Shown one piece after another: positions 24,530 through 32,000 of a DNA stretch of 32,000 nucleotides. The notes below the pieces were generated by a model, which was not told the DNA's origin, ran no database searches, and worked only from the letters and a program-made list of their open reading frames with translations. The translations under genes were made by a program, and so were the position numbers. Within the stretch, counting starts at the first letter, position 1. Each line of letters begins with the position of its first letter. Source of the DNA: Candidatus Lokiarchaeum ossiferum. GTDB lineage: Archaea > Asgardarchaeota > Lokiarchaeia > Sigyniarchaeales > Promethearchaeaceae. The stretch lies in the NCBI GenBank assembly GCA_025839675.1, contig CP104013.1, positions 960,001-992,000 on the forward strand, given 5' to 3'.

Positions 24530-26746
24530 TCAATTGGAAGTTTGAAAACTTACTTGTTGACACATTAGGCTTATCTTCTCAGTATATTTGGCAAATTCTT
24601 CTCTTCCATATTCAGAGATGTCAACAAATTGGAGAAATCGATCTTGATATTCTTCATCTTTAATAATCCACCCCTTTTTCTGTAGCACTGAAAGATGATA
24701 GTCTAAATTTCCTGATGTTAACTGCACTTTATTTTTCAAATCGGTCCAATTCATCCGTCCATAATCATACAAACAATAAAGAATATTGAAACGGTGTGGA
24801 GCAGTAATTAAATCATTTTTCTCTAAAATTTCTTGACTAAATTCTTTTTGTTTAATCAAGTTATCAGAATCCTTCACAATTTCGATTACTTTTTTAATAC
24901 TAAAGGGTAAACCTTTCGATTTTAACAGTTCTTGTAAAAGGACAATATCTTGCGAAAATCTCTGTAAATTTTGCTGCGCTTCATACGTATTTCCTTCCAA
25001 AACATAATAAATCGTCTCAGTACCTAGCCGGTTCATAATTACAGTATTGTTGTCAAATTTTATTCGGTCTACAGAGTTGGACTCGAATTTTTCCCGAATT
25101 GAATGAATATCTAAATTAATTTCCTTCGCATCATCAATAGTCGAATAGAATTTTAGATTTGAATCGTCATTATCTGACACAATTTCTAACAATTTTGAAG
25201 TTTCAATCGAGTTTTCAAAAGAATCAATTTCTTTGGTCTTCAAGGTTAATTGTAAAATATCATCAATTGATGCAAATTTAAGACGATCGGAGATCTCAGA
25301 TTGATGATTTTGAAAATCGGTCCATTTATCATAGTATTGTAAAAATTTATCATATTCATGGGATATTTTACGTTCTAATCGGACTAAATCATATTTACGT
25401 GCAATTCGCTGACCCATTATAAAGTTTTTTTGCGCTCGGTCAAAATTAAATGTAATTAAGTCAAATTTAGCTTGCAATAATTTAATTTCAGCTTTCAATT
25501 CTTGCGAATTACATGAATTGGCGATGCTTTCTAATTTTTCGAGCAATATTTTGATCTCATCTAAAATATATTCTTCGTTTGATTTAGCCAATTCTTCAAA
25601 TAATAACTCACAATATTTTAGATGAAGAGGAGGATCATTTTGAAGGTCTTCGATCTTCATTAGATTGCGGAGAATATCGCCAGCTCTCACGATATTCCGT
25701 GAACCGCCTTTACTTTTTAAAAATAAAGCATGGGCAAAATCATATATTAGTTTAACTCGGCGATTATCATCCGTTTTTGCAATCTGTTCTAGCTCTTTAA
25801 AATACATTTCTGCTGCTTCGTAATCTTTTTGGAGAGTAAAATTTTCGACAATCTTGAAATAAGCACCTGCAATATTGAGATTATTCCCCAATTTTTTGAC
25901 AAGCTTATAACCATGTTGAAAATAATCCATGGATTTCGGAAGATTCCCTTTTTGCATATAAATCTCCCCAATCGCATTAGAGAAGGCTCCCAATAAATAT
26001 TCATTCTTGATTTCTTTAAGGATATCAAGACTTTGCTGGTAGTAATCTAAAGCAATATCTAATTCACCTAGGGTAGAATAAATTTTGCCTGTATTTCCCA
26101 AACAATAGGCTAACTGGTTAAAATTTTTTGTTAATTTTGAATGTTCGATCGATTTTTTGTAGTATCGAATTGATTTCAGTAATTCTCCTTTCAAATAATA
26201 AGCAACACCCAAATTATGATAAACTTCTCCCAATTCATATTTCAAGCCATACTTTTCACAAATTTCCAACCGCTTTTGATTACTCTCTAAGAGTTTATCT
26301 TTATGTAAGTGTTGATAATGATATAAGGATGACAAATAGTAGAAGTGATTATATAATAAGTCTCTCTCTTGCTGTGTACTTTCTATATCGCTCAAAATAA
26401 CTTTCTTAATTTGTTGAATAGATTCAAAACATTCATCATTTTTCCCAAGACGAAATTCTGCAGTTCCTTTTGCTGTGAGTGATTCAACAAGCATTAATGT
26501 ACTGTTTCCCTTTATAGCTAAGGTAAGAGCTTTTTCCGCTAAATCTAAGGCTTCAAGGTATTGATTCAACTTGTTAAGGGCCTTACTTTTTAAAATAAAA
26601 AACTCACATTGATCAACTGGGGATAATTGATCGAGTTCTTGAATTTTTTCAAGTTTAGTCAAAACAGCTTCATGTCGCTGTTCCATGGAACATTGCCGGG
26701 CTGCTTTAAGAAGCTGATTTTCGTTGTTTTTTTCGCCAAAATTCAT
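24530..26746 (-). CDS. Large TPR-repeat protein with a C-terminal winged-helix DNA-binding domain
   Basis: 738 aa. The N-terminal roughly 330 aa carry TPR_12-like repeats (YHNLGVAYYLKGELLKSIRYYKKSIE, LGNTGKIYSTLGELDIALDYYQQSLDI, IGEIYMQKGNLPKSMDYFQHGYKL). The C-terminus is PHRFNILYCLYDYGRMNWTDLKNKVQLTSGNLDYHLSVLQKKGWIIKDEE, a wHTH of the MarR/PadR-like type. Confidence 0.9.
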   Translation of the reverse strand: MNFGEKNNENQLLKAARQCSMEQRHEAVLTKLEKIQELDQLSPVDQCEFFILKSKALNKLNQYLEALDLAEKALTLAIKGNSTLMLVESLTAKGTAEFRLGKNDECFESIQQIKKVILSDIESTQQERDLLYNHFYYLSSLYHYQHLHKDKLLESNQKRLEICEKYGLKYELGEVYHNLGVAYYLKGELLKSIRYYKKSIEHSKLTKNFNQLAYCLGNTGKIYSTLGELDIALDYYQQSLDILKEIKNEYLLGAFSNAIGEIYMQKGNLPKSMDYFQHGYKLVKKLGNNLNIAGAYFKIVENFTLQKDYEAAEMYFKELEQIAKTDDNRRVKLIYDFAHALFLKSKGGSRNIVRAGDILRNLMKIEDLQNDPPLHLKYCELLFEELAKSNEEYILDEIKILLEKLESIANSCNSQELKAEIKLLQAKFDLITFNFDRAQKNFIMGQRIARKYDLVRLERKISHEYDKFLQYYDKWTDFQNHQSEISDRLKFASIDDILQLTLKTKEIDSFENSIETSKLLEIVSDNDDSNLKFYSTIDDAKEINLDIHSIREKFESNSVDRIKFDNNTVIMNRLGTETIYYVLEGNTYEAQQNLQRFSQDIVLLQELLKSKGLPFSIKKVIEIVKDSDNLIKQKEFSQEILEKNDLITAPHRFNILYCLYDYGRMNWTDLKNKVQLTSGNLDYHLSVLQKKGWIIKDEEYQDRFLQFVDISEYGREEFAKYTEKISLMCQQVSFQTSN

Positions 26747-26931
26747 TATATCATTATTACTTCGTGATTGAAATATTTCAATATTTGGGAACTAATATGG
26801 CTCTTTCTCCAAAATTCTCATAAATGAATTATAATTCGAGTAAATTCTGAATAATTATTGAAAAATTGGAAAAATTGGAAAATAACTGTTCGGACAATAA
26901 ATGAAAAAAATGTTTAATTTAATAAAAAAAT

Positions 26932-28644
26932 TTAACTTTCTATTTCCTCTATAGGAATTTTTCTTGTTTTATCCATTACTTTTTTCAATTTATCGCCTAA
27001 TTTTTGATAAACTGAGTATCCATAAAGAATTGTAACTAAAAAAAAGAGAGTTCCTTGAATAATATGAATCCGGCAAAAATTTATTAATGCAGTGTTCGGA
27101 AAGCTAGGTTTTATACCATAAATTGCGATTCCTTCAAAGATTTTTGTTCTATTTCCTTCATTAAGAAATCTTTGATAATAAGGAACAACAATATGATCAT
27201 TAAAGATGAATTGGCCCATAATATCTTTTTCAAAACTTGTTATATTGCAATAAAAGATTGAATTCCAACAAAATCTATGTTGAATTGATTTACTTATTTT
27301 TCCGAGATTCCCATTATCAATCATATAACCGTAGAAGGATGAAGTAACAGGTTGATGTTTTGAACTATAGCGATGAGCTTCGCCTCCAATAGGGTCAAAT
27401 GATGTTATTGCCCATAATGTATTGTGGTTATCGAGATGAAAACTACTAGCATTTATTATTTTTTTTGAGGAGATAAAAGAGAAATCGTTTATATTATAAC
27501 GAACATAAAACGTTGCTTTAGTTTTTTCATAAGAATTTATTCTCATAATCATATTGTAGCTATCATTTCGGATATCCAAATATTGAAATTGAATCAAATT
27601 TGCATCCAAAAATGGCATATCGCTTTCGTCAATTAGATTTTCAATCTCTTTGGGAATTGAAATGGATTGATTAAATTTTATTCCTAAAGAATTAATTGCT
27701 AGTAAATGAGGGATTCCATCATAGAAATTTATAAAATAATAACTATCGTTAGAATATTCAATTATTGTAGGTGTTGAATAAAAAATCCTTCTAAAGTCTA
27801 TAGTTAAAACATTCGTATATTCAAGTTGGGTAAGATCTTCATTCAGTTGAAAGTGGTAAATAGATGTTTGATTAGTTTCACGATTGGACACAGTTCCAAT
27901 TAAGGTTTGATTCTTCAAAATACATTCCCTATCATAGAAATCATCGGAAATATTTTGTCCTATCAATGAGAATTCACTAGAATCCTTATCGGTTTCAAAT
28001 AAAGCCCCATAATGTGTTTGTTCAAATTCATTCTTTTTGGTAGCAGTATTGAGTGTTAATCCCCCAATCAAAATGAAGGAACCACTAATAACTAGATAAG
28101 CTAAAATTATTCCTTTTGCTTCATTTTTTTCAATATTTTTGTTAGATTTCAAAGAATTTTGAGTGTCCTTAATTGTATTCTTAAATAGTGATTTAACACG
28201 TCTCGAAAATAGGAAAAATAGAAGCACAAAACAGTTTAAAATAAAATATATTATGTTTAGAATGAAACTCACCGTGGTATTGTTGGAAATACTACTAAAA
28301 TTTGTGATAATATCGATCATTTGGTTTAAATCATATGAAATGAATAAACCAACCCAAATAAAATTCTGAAAGATTAAAATGAATCGGCCTATCATATTTT
28401 TGTTTGAAATAGAAATTCCAAGAATAATGAAGAAAATAAATATCACAGGTAGCATAAAATTGATTTCTAAATAAAGAAAATAATAAAAAAGCTGTTGTTG
28501 CGAATATTCTTCAGTTGGTTGCAAAATAGCAAAGAGTAAATTTCCTTGAAAAAGTATAAAACAGAAGATTAATCCAAGAATTCCAATGATTATATAAAAT
28601 CTGGCAACGATCTTTACGATCATTTCTGTCTCTTTTTTTGACAT
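26932..28644 (-). CDS. Polytopic membrane protein with a large extracytoplasmic domain, function unknown
   Basis: 570 aa. The first 200 aa contain 4-5 TM helices. A roughly 330-aa Asn/Ser/Tyr-rich soluble domain with sequons follows, then a final TM helix (GTLFFLVTILYGYSVY) and a basic tail. Confidence 0.8.
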   Translation of the reverse strand: MSKKETEMIVKIVARFYIIIGILGLIFCFILFQGNLLFAILQPTEEYSQQQLFYYFLYLEINFMLPVIFIFFIILGISISNKNMIGRFILIFQNFIWVGLFISYDLNQMIDIITNFSSISNNTTVSFILNIIYFILNCFVLLFFLFSRRVKSLFKNTIKDTQNSLKSNKNIEKNEAKGIILAYLVISGSFILIGGLTLNTATKKNEFEQTHYGALFETDKDSSEFSLIGQNISDDFYDRECILKNQTLIGTVSNRETNQTSIYHFQLNEDLTQLEYTNVLTIDFRRIFYSTPTIIEYSNDSYYFINFYDGIPHLLAINSLGIKFNQSISIPKEIENLIDESDMPFLDANLIQFQYLDIRNDSYNMIMRINSYEKTKATFYVRYNINDFSFISSKKIINASSFHLDNHNTLWAITSFDPIGGEAHRYSSKHQPVTSSFYGYMIDNGNLGKISKSIQHRFCWNSIFYCNITSFEKDIMGQFIFNDHIVVPYYQRFLNEGNRTKIFEGIAIYGIKPSFPNTALINFCRIHIIQGTLFFLVTILYGYSVYQKLGDKLKKVMDKTRKIPIEEIES

Positions 28645-29075
28645 ATAACTTAAACGTAGTATAAACTAAATTTAAATTTTTTTCAATGGCTAACTTATTT
28701 TTATAGTTTTTAGAGAAAACTAAACAGAATCAGATAATGAAATTATTAATAAAAAAACAGAAATTATGGAGTTTAATTAATTAGTTTTTGGCGACTCTCG
28801 AGGGGAATCTTTCTCTAAGTCTGGCATTGTCAGATAGCCATTCTATATAGATTTTTAATATACTGTCAGCATGGGATTATATTGATATTAAAATTCCTAA
28901 ATTTAATGTTTTGAAACAATTGAATTACTTTTCAGCTTCAATCAAATCCATGATCACTTGTTATTTGCTACTAAATCACAGATATCAGCTGATTATTTTA
29001 GGAAACTTACCGGTACCAATTTCTCAAGGCTTGGAAAAAAAATGATTAAGGTGGATAAAAAATCATGAACAATGA

Positions 29076-29372
29076 ATTGGGTATCTCAATCTTCCATTAC
29101 ATACAATTCCAACTTCATTTACTCCTTCAATATTTGAACGCTGGTTATCTTCACTAGAATTGCTTGCAAGATATTTTCCATCATTTCCAGAAATGTATCA
29201 TGAATCAATAAAGTGGTTGTGGAATCAGCAAATTAGTCCTGGTTTATGGGATTTTGGGAGAAGATATGTAGGATCTACATCATTTCCTTTATCGACAGAT
29301 TGGAGAACAAAAAATAGAAAATTTCATGACTGGAGCGCACGAATGCTCTTTCTTTTTGTTTCAATAGCCTAA
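29076..29372 (+). pseudogene. Probable remnant (C-terminal fragment) of an alpha/alpha-toroid (prenyltransferase / terpene-cyclase-like) gene
   Basis: This frame is open for 99 codons from 29076 but has no ATG; the track starts it at TTG 29160. It contains WLWNQQISPGLW, which fits the QW-repeat pattern [FYW][LIV]xxxQxxxGxW. Upstream (28.8-29.07 kb) are shorter stop-free stretches in other + frames, interrupted around an A8 run at 29034-29041. A hairpin AGCTAA/TTAGCT plus a T9 run follows at about 29483-29515. Confidence 0.3.
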
Positions 29373-29618
29373 TTAAAGCATAGTTAACGCGAAAATAGCT
29401 GTTTTCAAAGTAAATCGATCCTAATTCGAGTAAGGAATAAACGGATTGGGAGACTCATATCCAAGACCCATCTCCTTGGCAATAGCTAAAAGATTTCTTA
29501 GCTTCTTTTTTTTTATATATTAGAATATTTTACCTTATTAGCTATATAAATCAGTTTAAATATTTCATCTTGATTCATATGTAATAATTTTTAAAATCAA
29601 TTCTATTATTATTAAATT

Positions 29619-30407
29619 ATGCAAATGGGATCCGTACCTTTTTCCATCATAATTGCAAAATTTGATGATATCAAAGGTCCAATTTGCCTATTTGCACAAA
29701 AAAAAAATTTCTGTAATTTCCTTGGTAAACCATGCGATGAGATAACTAATAATTGGATTATGGATTCGTTTCAAATAAAAAAAGATATCTTCATTTTCGA
29801 TGATACAGAATATTTTATCCAAGGAATTTCAATACATTCGGAAAATAAAGAAGTTAGAGGATTTAAAGATAGATACGCTATTCTAATTCGATCTGAAAAA
29901 AAATTGGGAATTTTAAAAAAAAAAATTATTAACTTAATAAAAAATGACTTTTTGAAGCTAATAGATACAAAAAAAATTGACAAGTTAAATTTATTTGTTG
30001 GTTTTGCAAATAAATGGACAGAAAAATTACAAAATATGGGAAGTATTACAGATATATTAGAAAAAGATGAAGAATTAAGAAAAGCTAAACATGAATTGAA
30101 AGAAACGAAGCAAATTTTTAAGCAAGCAAGTGAAAAATTTATTATCCAATACTTCGGAGGTCTCTTATCGAAAATGTTAGATAAAGAGGTAAAATCATCC
30201 CAAGGATTAATATATTTATGCCTTAAAGAAGCATTTAACAACAATAACAAGATAAAATTAGATTTCGCAAGCCTTAAGGAGATCTTTTTTAATAATTTGG
30301 ATGAAAAATTAATTTCATTAAATTTCACTAACCATGATTTAATTATTAATTCGCTTATTGATGAATTAAGACAACATCAATCATTATTGATGATGATGAA
30401 CATATAG
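29619..30407 (+). CDS. Hypothetical protein: N-terminal longin/roadblock-like alpha-beta domain plus a K/E-rich coiled coil
   Basis: 262-aa ORF with an ATG start. Predicted by eye, the first roughly 115 aa give strand FSIIIAKF, strand PICLFA, helix EITNNWIMDSF, strands DIFIFDDTEYFIQGISI and RYAILIRSE, then helix LGILKKKIINLIKNDFLKLI. A coiled-coil-like segment follows (DILEKDEELRKAKHELKETKQIFKQASEKF). The antisense ORF 29771..30328 is F/S/L-rich, which is an artefact of A-rich codons. Confidence 0.8.
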   Translation: MQMGSVPFSIIIAKFDDIKGPICLFAQKKNFCNFLGKPCDEITNNWIMDSFQIKKDIFIFDDTEYFIQGISIHSENKEVRGFKDRYAILIRSEKKLGILKKKIINLIKNDFLKLIDTKKIDKLNLFVGFANKWTEKLQNMGSITDILEKDEELRKAKHELKETKQIFKQASEKFIIQYFGGLLSKMLDKEVKSSQGLIYLCLKEAFNNNNKIKLDFASLKEIFFNNLDEKLISLNFTNHDLIINSLIDELRQHQSLLMMMNI

Positions 30408-30421
30408 AGTGTGAGAAACTA

Positions 30422-31171
30422 TTGACAGATATATTAACTATAGTAGTAATGGGGGCAATTTTCTTAGCAATATTAAGTGCTTTCAGTTTAGGACTTTTTA
30501 TGACAATAAAAGCACTTCAAACTGAATACTATGATATAATTTATTATGGAATTGGTATTTTCTGTATGGGTTTACTCTATATATTTGAATTAAGTGGTTT
30601 GAGATTTTTTCAAGAAACTGTAAAAGTCATTGGATTGTTCTTCTTCTTAATATTTTGCAAGAAAAGCTTTTATAATGAAAAATCACCAACTGTTTTCACT
30701 CTCCTATATATATATCATTTCATCCTTCTTTTTATTAATCCAATTTTGAGTTTAAACTATGATAGATTTGCCATTATAATTAATCTCTTTTTTGGTTCCA
30801 GTTTAATGTTTATTTTTTTATTAATCTCTATTGGAGCATGGGTCGACTATAAGAAAATAAAAGTACTAAATGTTGAACCTTTTCTTAAGATAAGATATTT
30901 ATTAGTCAGTATGGCGAGTTTTCTATTTATAATAACTGGTAGTTCAATTATAATTGGGCACATTTTCCGTAAATATGGTAGTGATAACATTTATAATGTG
31001 ACAGAATTGATAACTATTTTTTCAGCACTTTTGGCTTCTATAGTTTTTTATTTAGCATTTGTAGGACCGAAGAAATTTAGAAAAATCTTTAATCGAACAT
31101 ATAAATCAATAGATATAGATTACAATGGCTTTATCGAGCAGGAAATAATAGGAGATTTATTAGATAAATAG
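30422..31171 (+). CDS. Six- to seven-TM integral membrane protein, function unknown
   Basis: 249-aa ORF starting at TTG 30422, 14 nt after the preceding stop; ATG 30449 is an alternative. Hydrophobic helices run throughout, with basic loops (DYKKIKV, PKKFRKIF). The architecture and C-terminal motif resemble the 5031..5840 protein. Confidence 0.75.
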   Translation: MTDILTIVVMGAIFLAILSAFSLGLFMTIKALQTEYYDIIYYGIGIFCMGLLYIFELSGLRFFQETVKVIGLFFFLIFCKKSFYNEKSPTVFTLLYIYHFILLFINPILSLNYDRFAIIINLFFGSSLMFIFLLISIGAWVDYKKIKVLNVEPFLKIRYLLVSMASFLFIITGSSIIIGHIFRKYGSDNIYNVTELITIFSALLASIVFYLAFVGPKKFRKIFNRTYKSIDIDYNGFIEQEIIGDLLDK

Positions 31172-31185
31172 AAAAATCAATTCCA

Positions 31186-32000
31186 TTAATATAATGGAGG
31201 GTTTTTTTGCAGTATTAGATTTTTTTGAAAAATGGTGAAAATGCTTGTTTTAAAAATTGAAATGCCTTGGTCAATTGGGACTAAATCCAATACTTTATTT
31301 AATATTTGTTGATTTAAAAAGTCGTTTGAGTATTTCTCTTTATCCAACCCAGGATCATATTTATGCAAGAACAAATTCAATTCAATTTTTAATTTATCTA
31401 CGTGAATATTTTTTAATATAATTTCAAAATAAGATAGAGATTCTTCATAGCGATCAGTATCTTGAATATCTAATACATAGATTATTTTGTCTATGTTTTC
31501 TAGGACTTCATCAGGTTTATTTGTGAATAAATCGCGATAAACAACTTGTCCTCCAAATTCATGGTATATTACCTCAGGTCTATATTTGAATTCCATATTA
31601 AGATCATAAAGGATAGAAGACATATGCTGTTTTCCTTCAGTGGGTTTTAAATTCTGATTAATAAATGCAAGTAGATTTTTTTTACCTAAAAAAGAAAGCA
31701 AAATTGAAGTTTTCCCACTTTTATCTAATCCCATTAGAAGAATGTTTTCTTGGTTTTTAGTTTTTTTTGAAAAAAGAGACTCTTGAGTGGAAATAAACGA
31801 TTCTAAATTTTCAAAAAGGGAATAAATTTGTTTATTCCTTACCATTATATATTTCCGCGTTCCAGATTTTTTAGAACTAATAATTCCTGCATTTTTTAGG
31901 ATTTTTATTTGTTTAAAGGTAGTAGATCGACTACGCCCTATTTTTTGCTCAAGTTCTCCAATAGTTAGTGTACCCTTCTGAAGAACCGATAAAATTTCGA
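31186..32000 (-). CDS. Winged-helix domain fused to a Rag/Gtr-like (Arf-clan) small GTPase; the N-terminus lies beyond the window
   Basis: G1 is ILLMGLDKSGKTSI, G3 is EFGGQ, G4 is LFLHKYD (HKxD as in RagA HKMD), and the G5-like motif is FKTSIF (compare RagA FRTSIWDE). IIYVLDIQDTDRYEESLSYFE parallels RagA [20 protein letters not shown]. My hand translation of the minus strand over 31846-32000 found no stop and gave EILSVLQKGTLTIGELEQKIGRSRSTTFKQIKILKNAGIISSKKSGTRKYI, directly in frame with MVRNK. That segment is an ArsR/MarR-like wHTH. Confidence 0.85.
   Translation of the reverse strand, partial: EILSVLQKGTLTIGELEQKIGRSRSTTFKQIKILKNAGIISSKKSGTRKYIMVRNKQIYSLFENLESFISTQESLFSKKTKNQENILLMGLDKSGKTSILLSFLGKKNLLAFINQNLKPTEGKQHMSSILYDLNMEFKYRPEVIYHEFGGQVVYRDLFTNKPDEVLENIDKIIYVLDIQDTDRYEESLSYFEIILKNIHVDKLKIELNLFLHKYDPGLDKEKYSNDFLNQQILNKVLDLVPIDQGISIFKTSIFTIFQKNLILQKNPPLY

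Noticed and set aside
24367-24663. Small plus-strand ORFs in or beside intergenic regions: this 98-aa one, plus 13996..14226, 13544..13729, 12345..12539 and 26128..26400
   Set aside because: They overlap better-supported genes or promoter regions, use weak starts, and have low-complexity hydrophobic composition.
29698-29925. Long A homopolymers inside the longin-like gene (A10 at 29698-29707 and further A8-A11 runs near 29896-29925) as possible phase-variation or programmed-frameshift sites
   Set aside because: They encode Lys/Asn runs in a K-rich protein in a very AT-rich genome, and the frame is intact throughout. Nothing indicates more than compositional bias.

Overview
AT-rich (about 30-33% G+C by eye), densely coding segment that looks archaeal. 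The gene content is most consistent with an Asgard (Lokiarchaeia-like) archaeon, but taxonomy cannot be proven from this window. That content includes a Rag/Arf-like small GTPase, LRR and TPR proteins, a DUF1724-type winged-helix regulator, an Isf-like flavoprotein, a ferredoxin-nitroreductase fusion, sequon-rich surface proteins with C-terminal anchors, and oligo-T tracts after genes. I call 22 protein-coding genes (two run off the window edges), one tRNA-Ala(GGC), one probable gene remnant, one candidate structured-RNA region, one coding microsatellite and a few weak oligo-T terminators. I saw no rRNA, CRISPR array, transposase or integrase. The best candidate for something new is the right-hand end (29.6-32.0 kb). 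There a Rag/Gtr-like GTPase is actually fused to an N-terminal winged-helix domain; the ORF track misses this because the reading frame runs off the window. It lies convergent with a longin/roadblock-like protein and a 6-7 TM membrane protein. A TPR-wHTH giant and an LRR protein sit just upstream (23.4-26.7 kb). Other points worth a second look: an orphan EutA-family actin-fold ATPase with a 208-aa N-terminal extension, a 508-nt gene-free region with raised G+C and strong hairpins (7.1-7.6 kb), a recurring G-[YF]/TM/basic C-terminal anchor on surface proteins, and a truncated membrane-anchored family-5 solute-binding protein. All functional calls come from motif recognition by eye. No database search was run.
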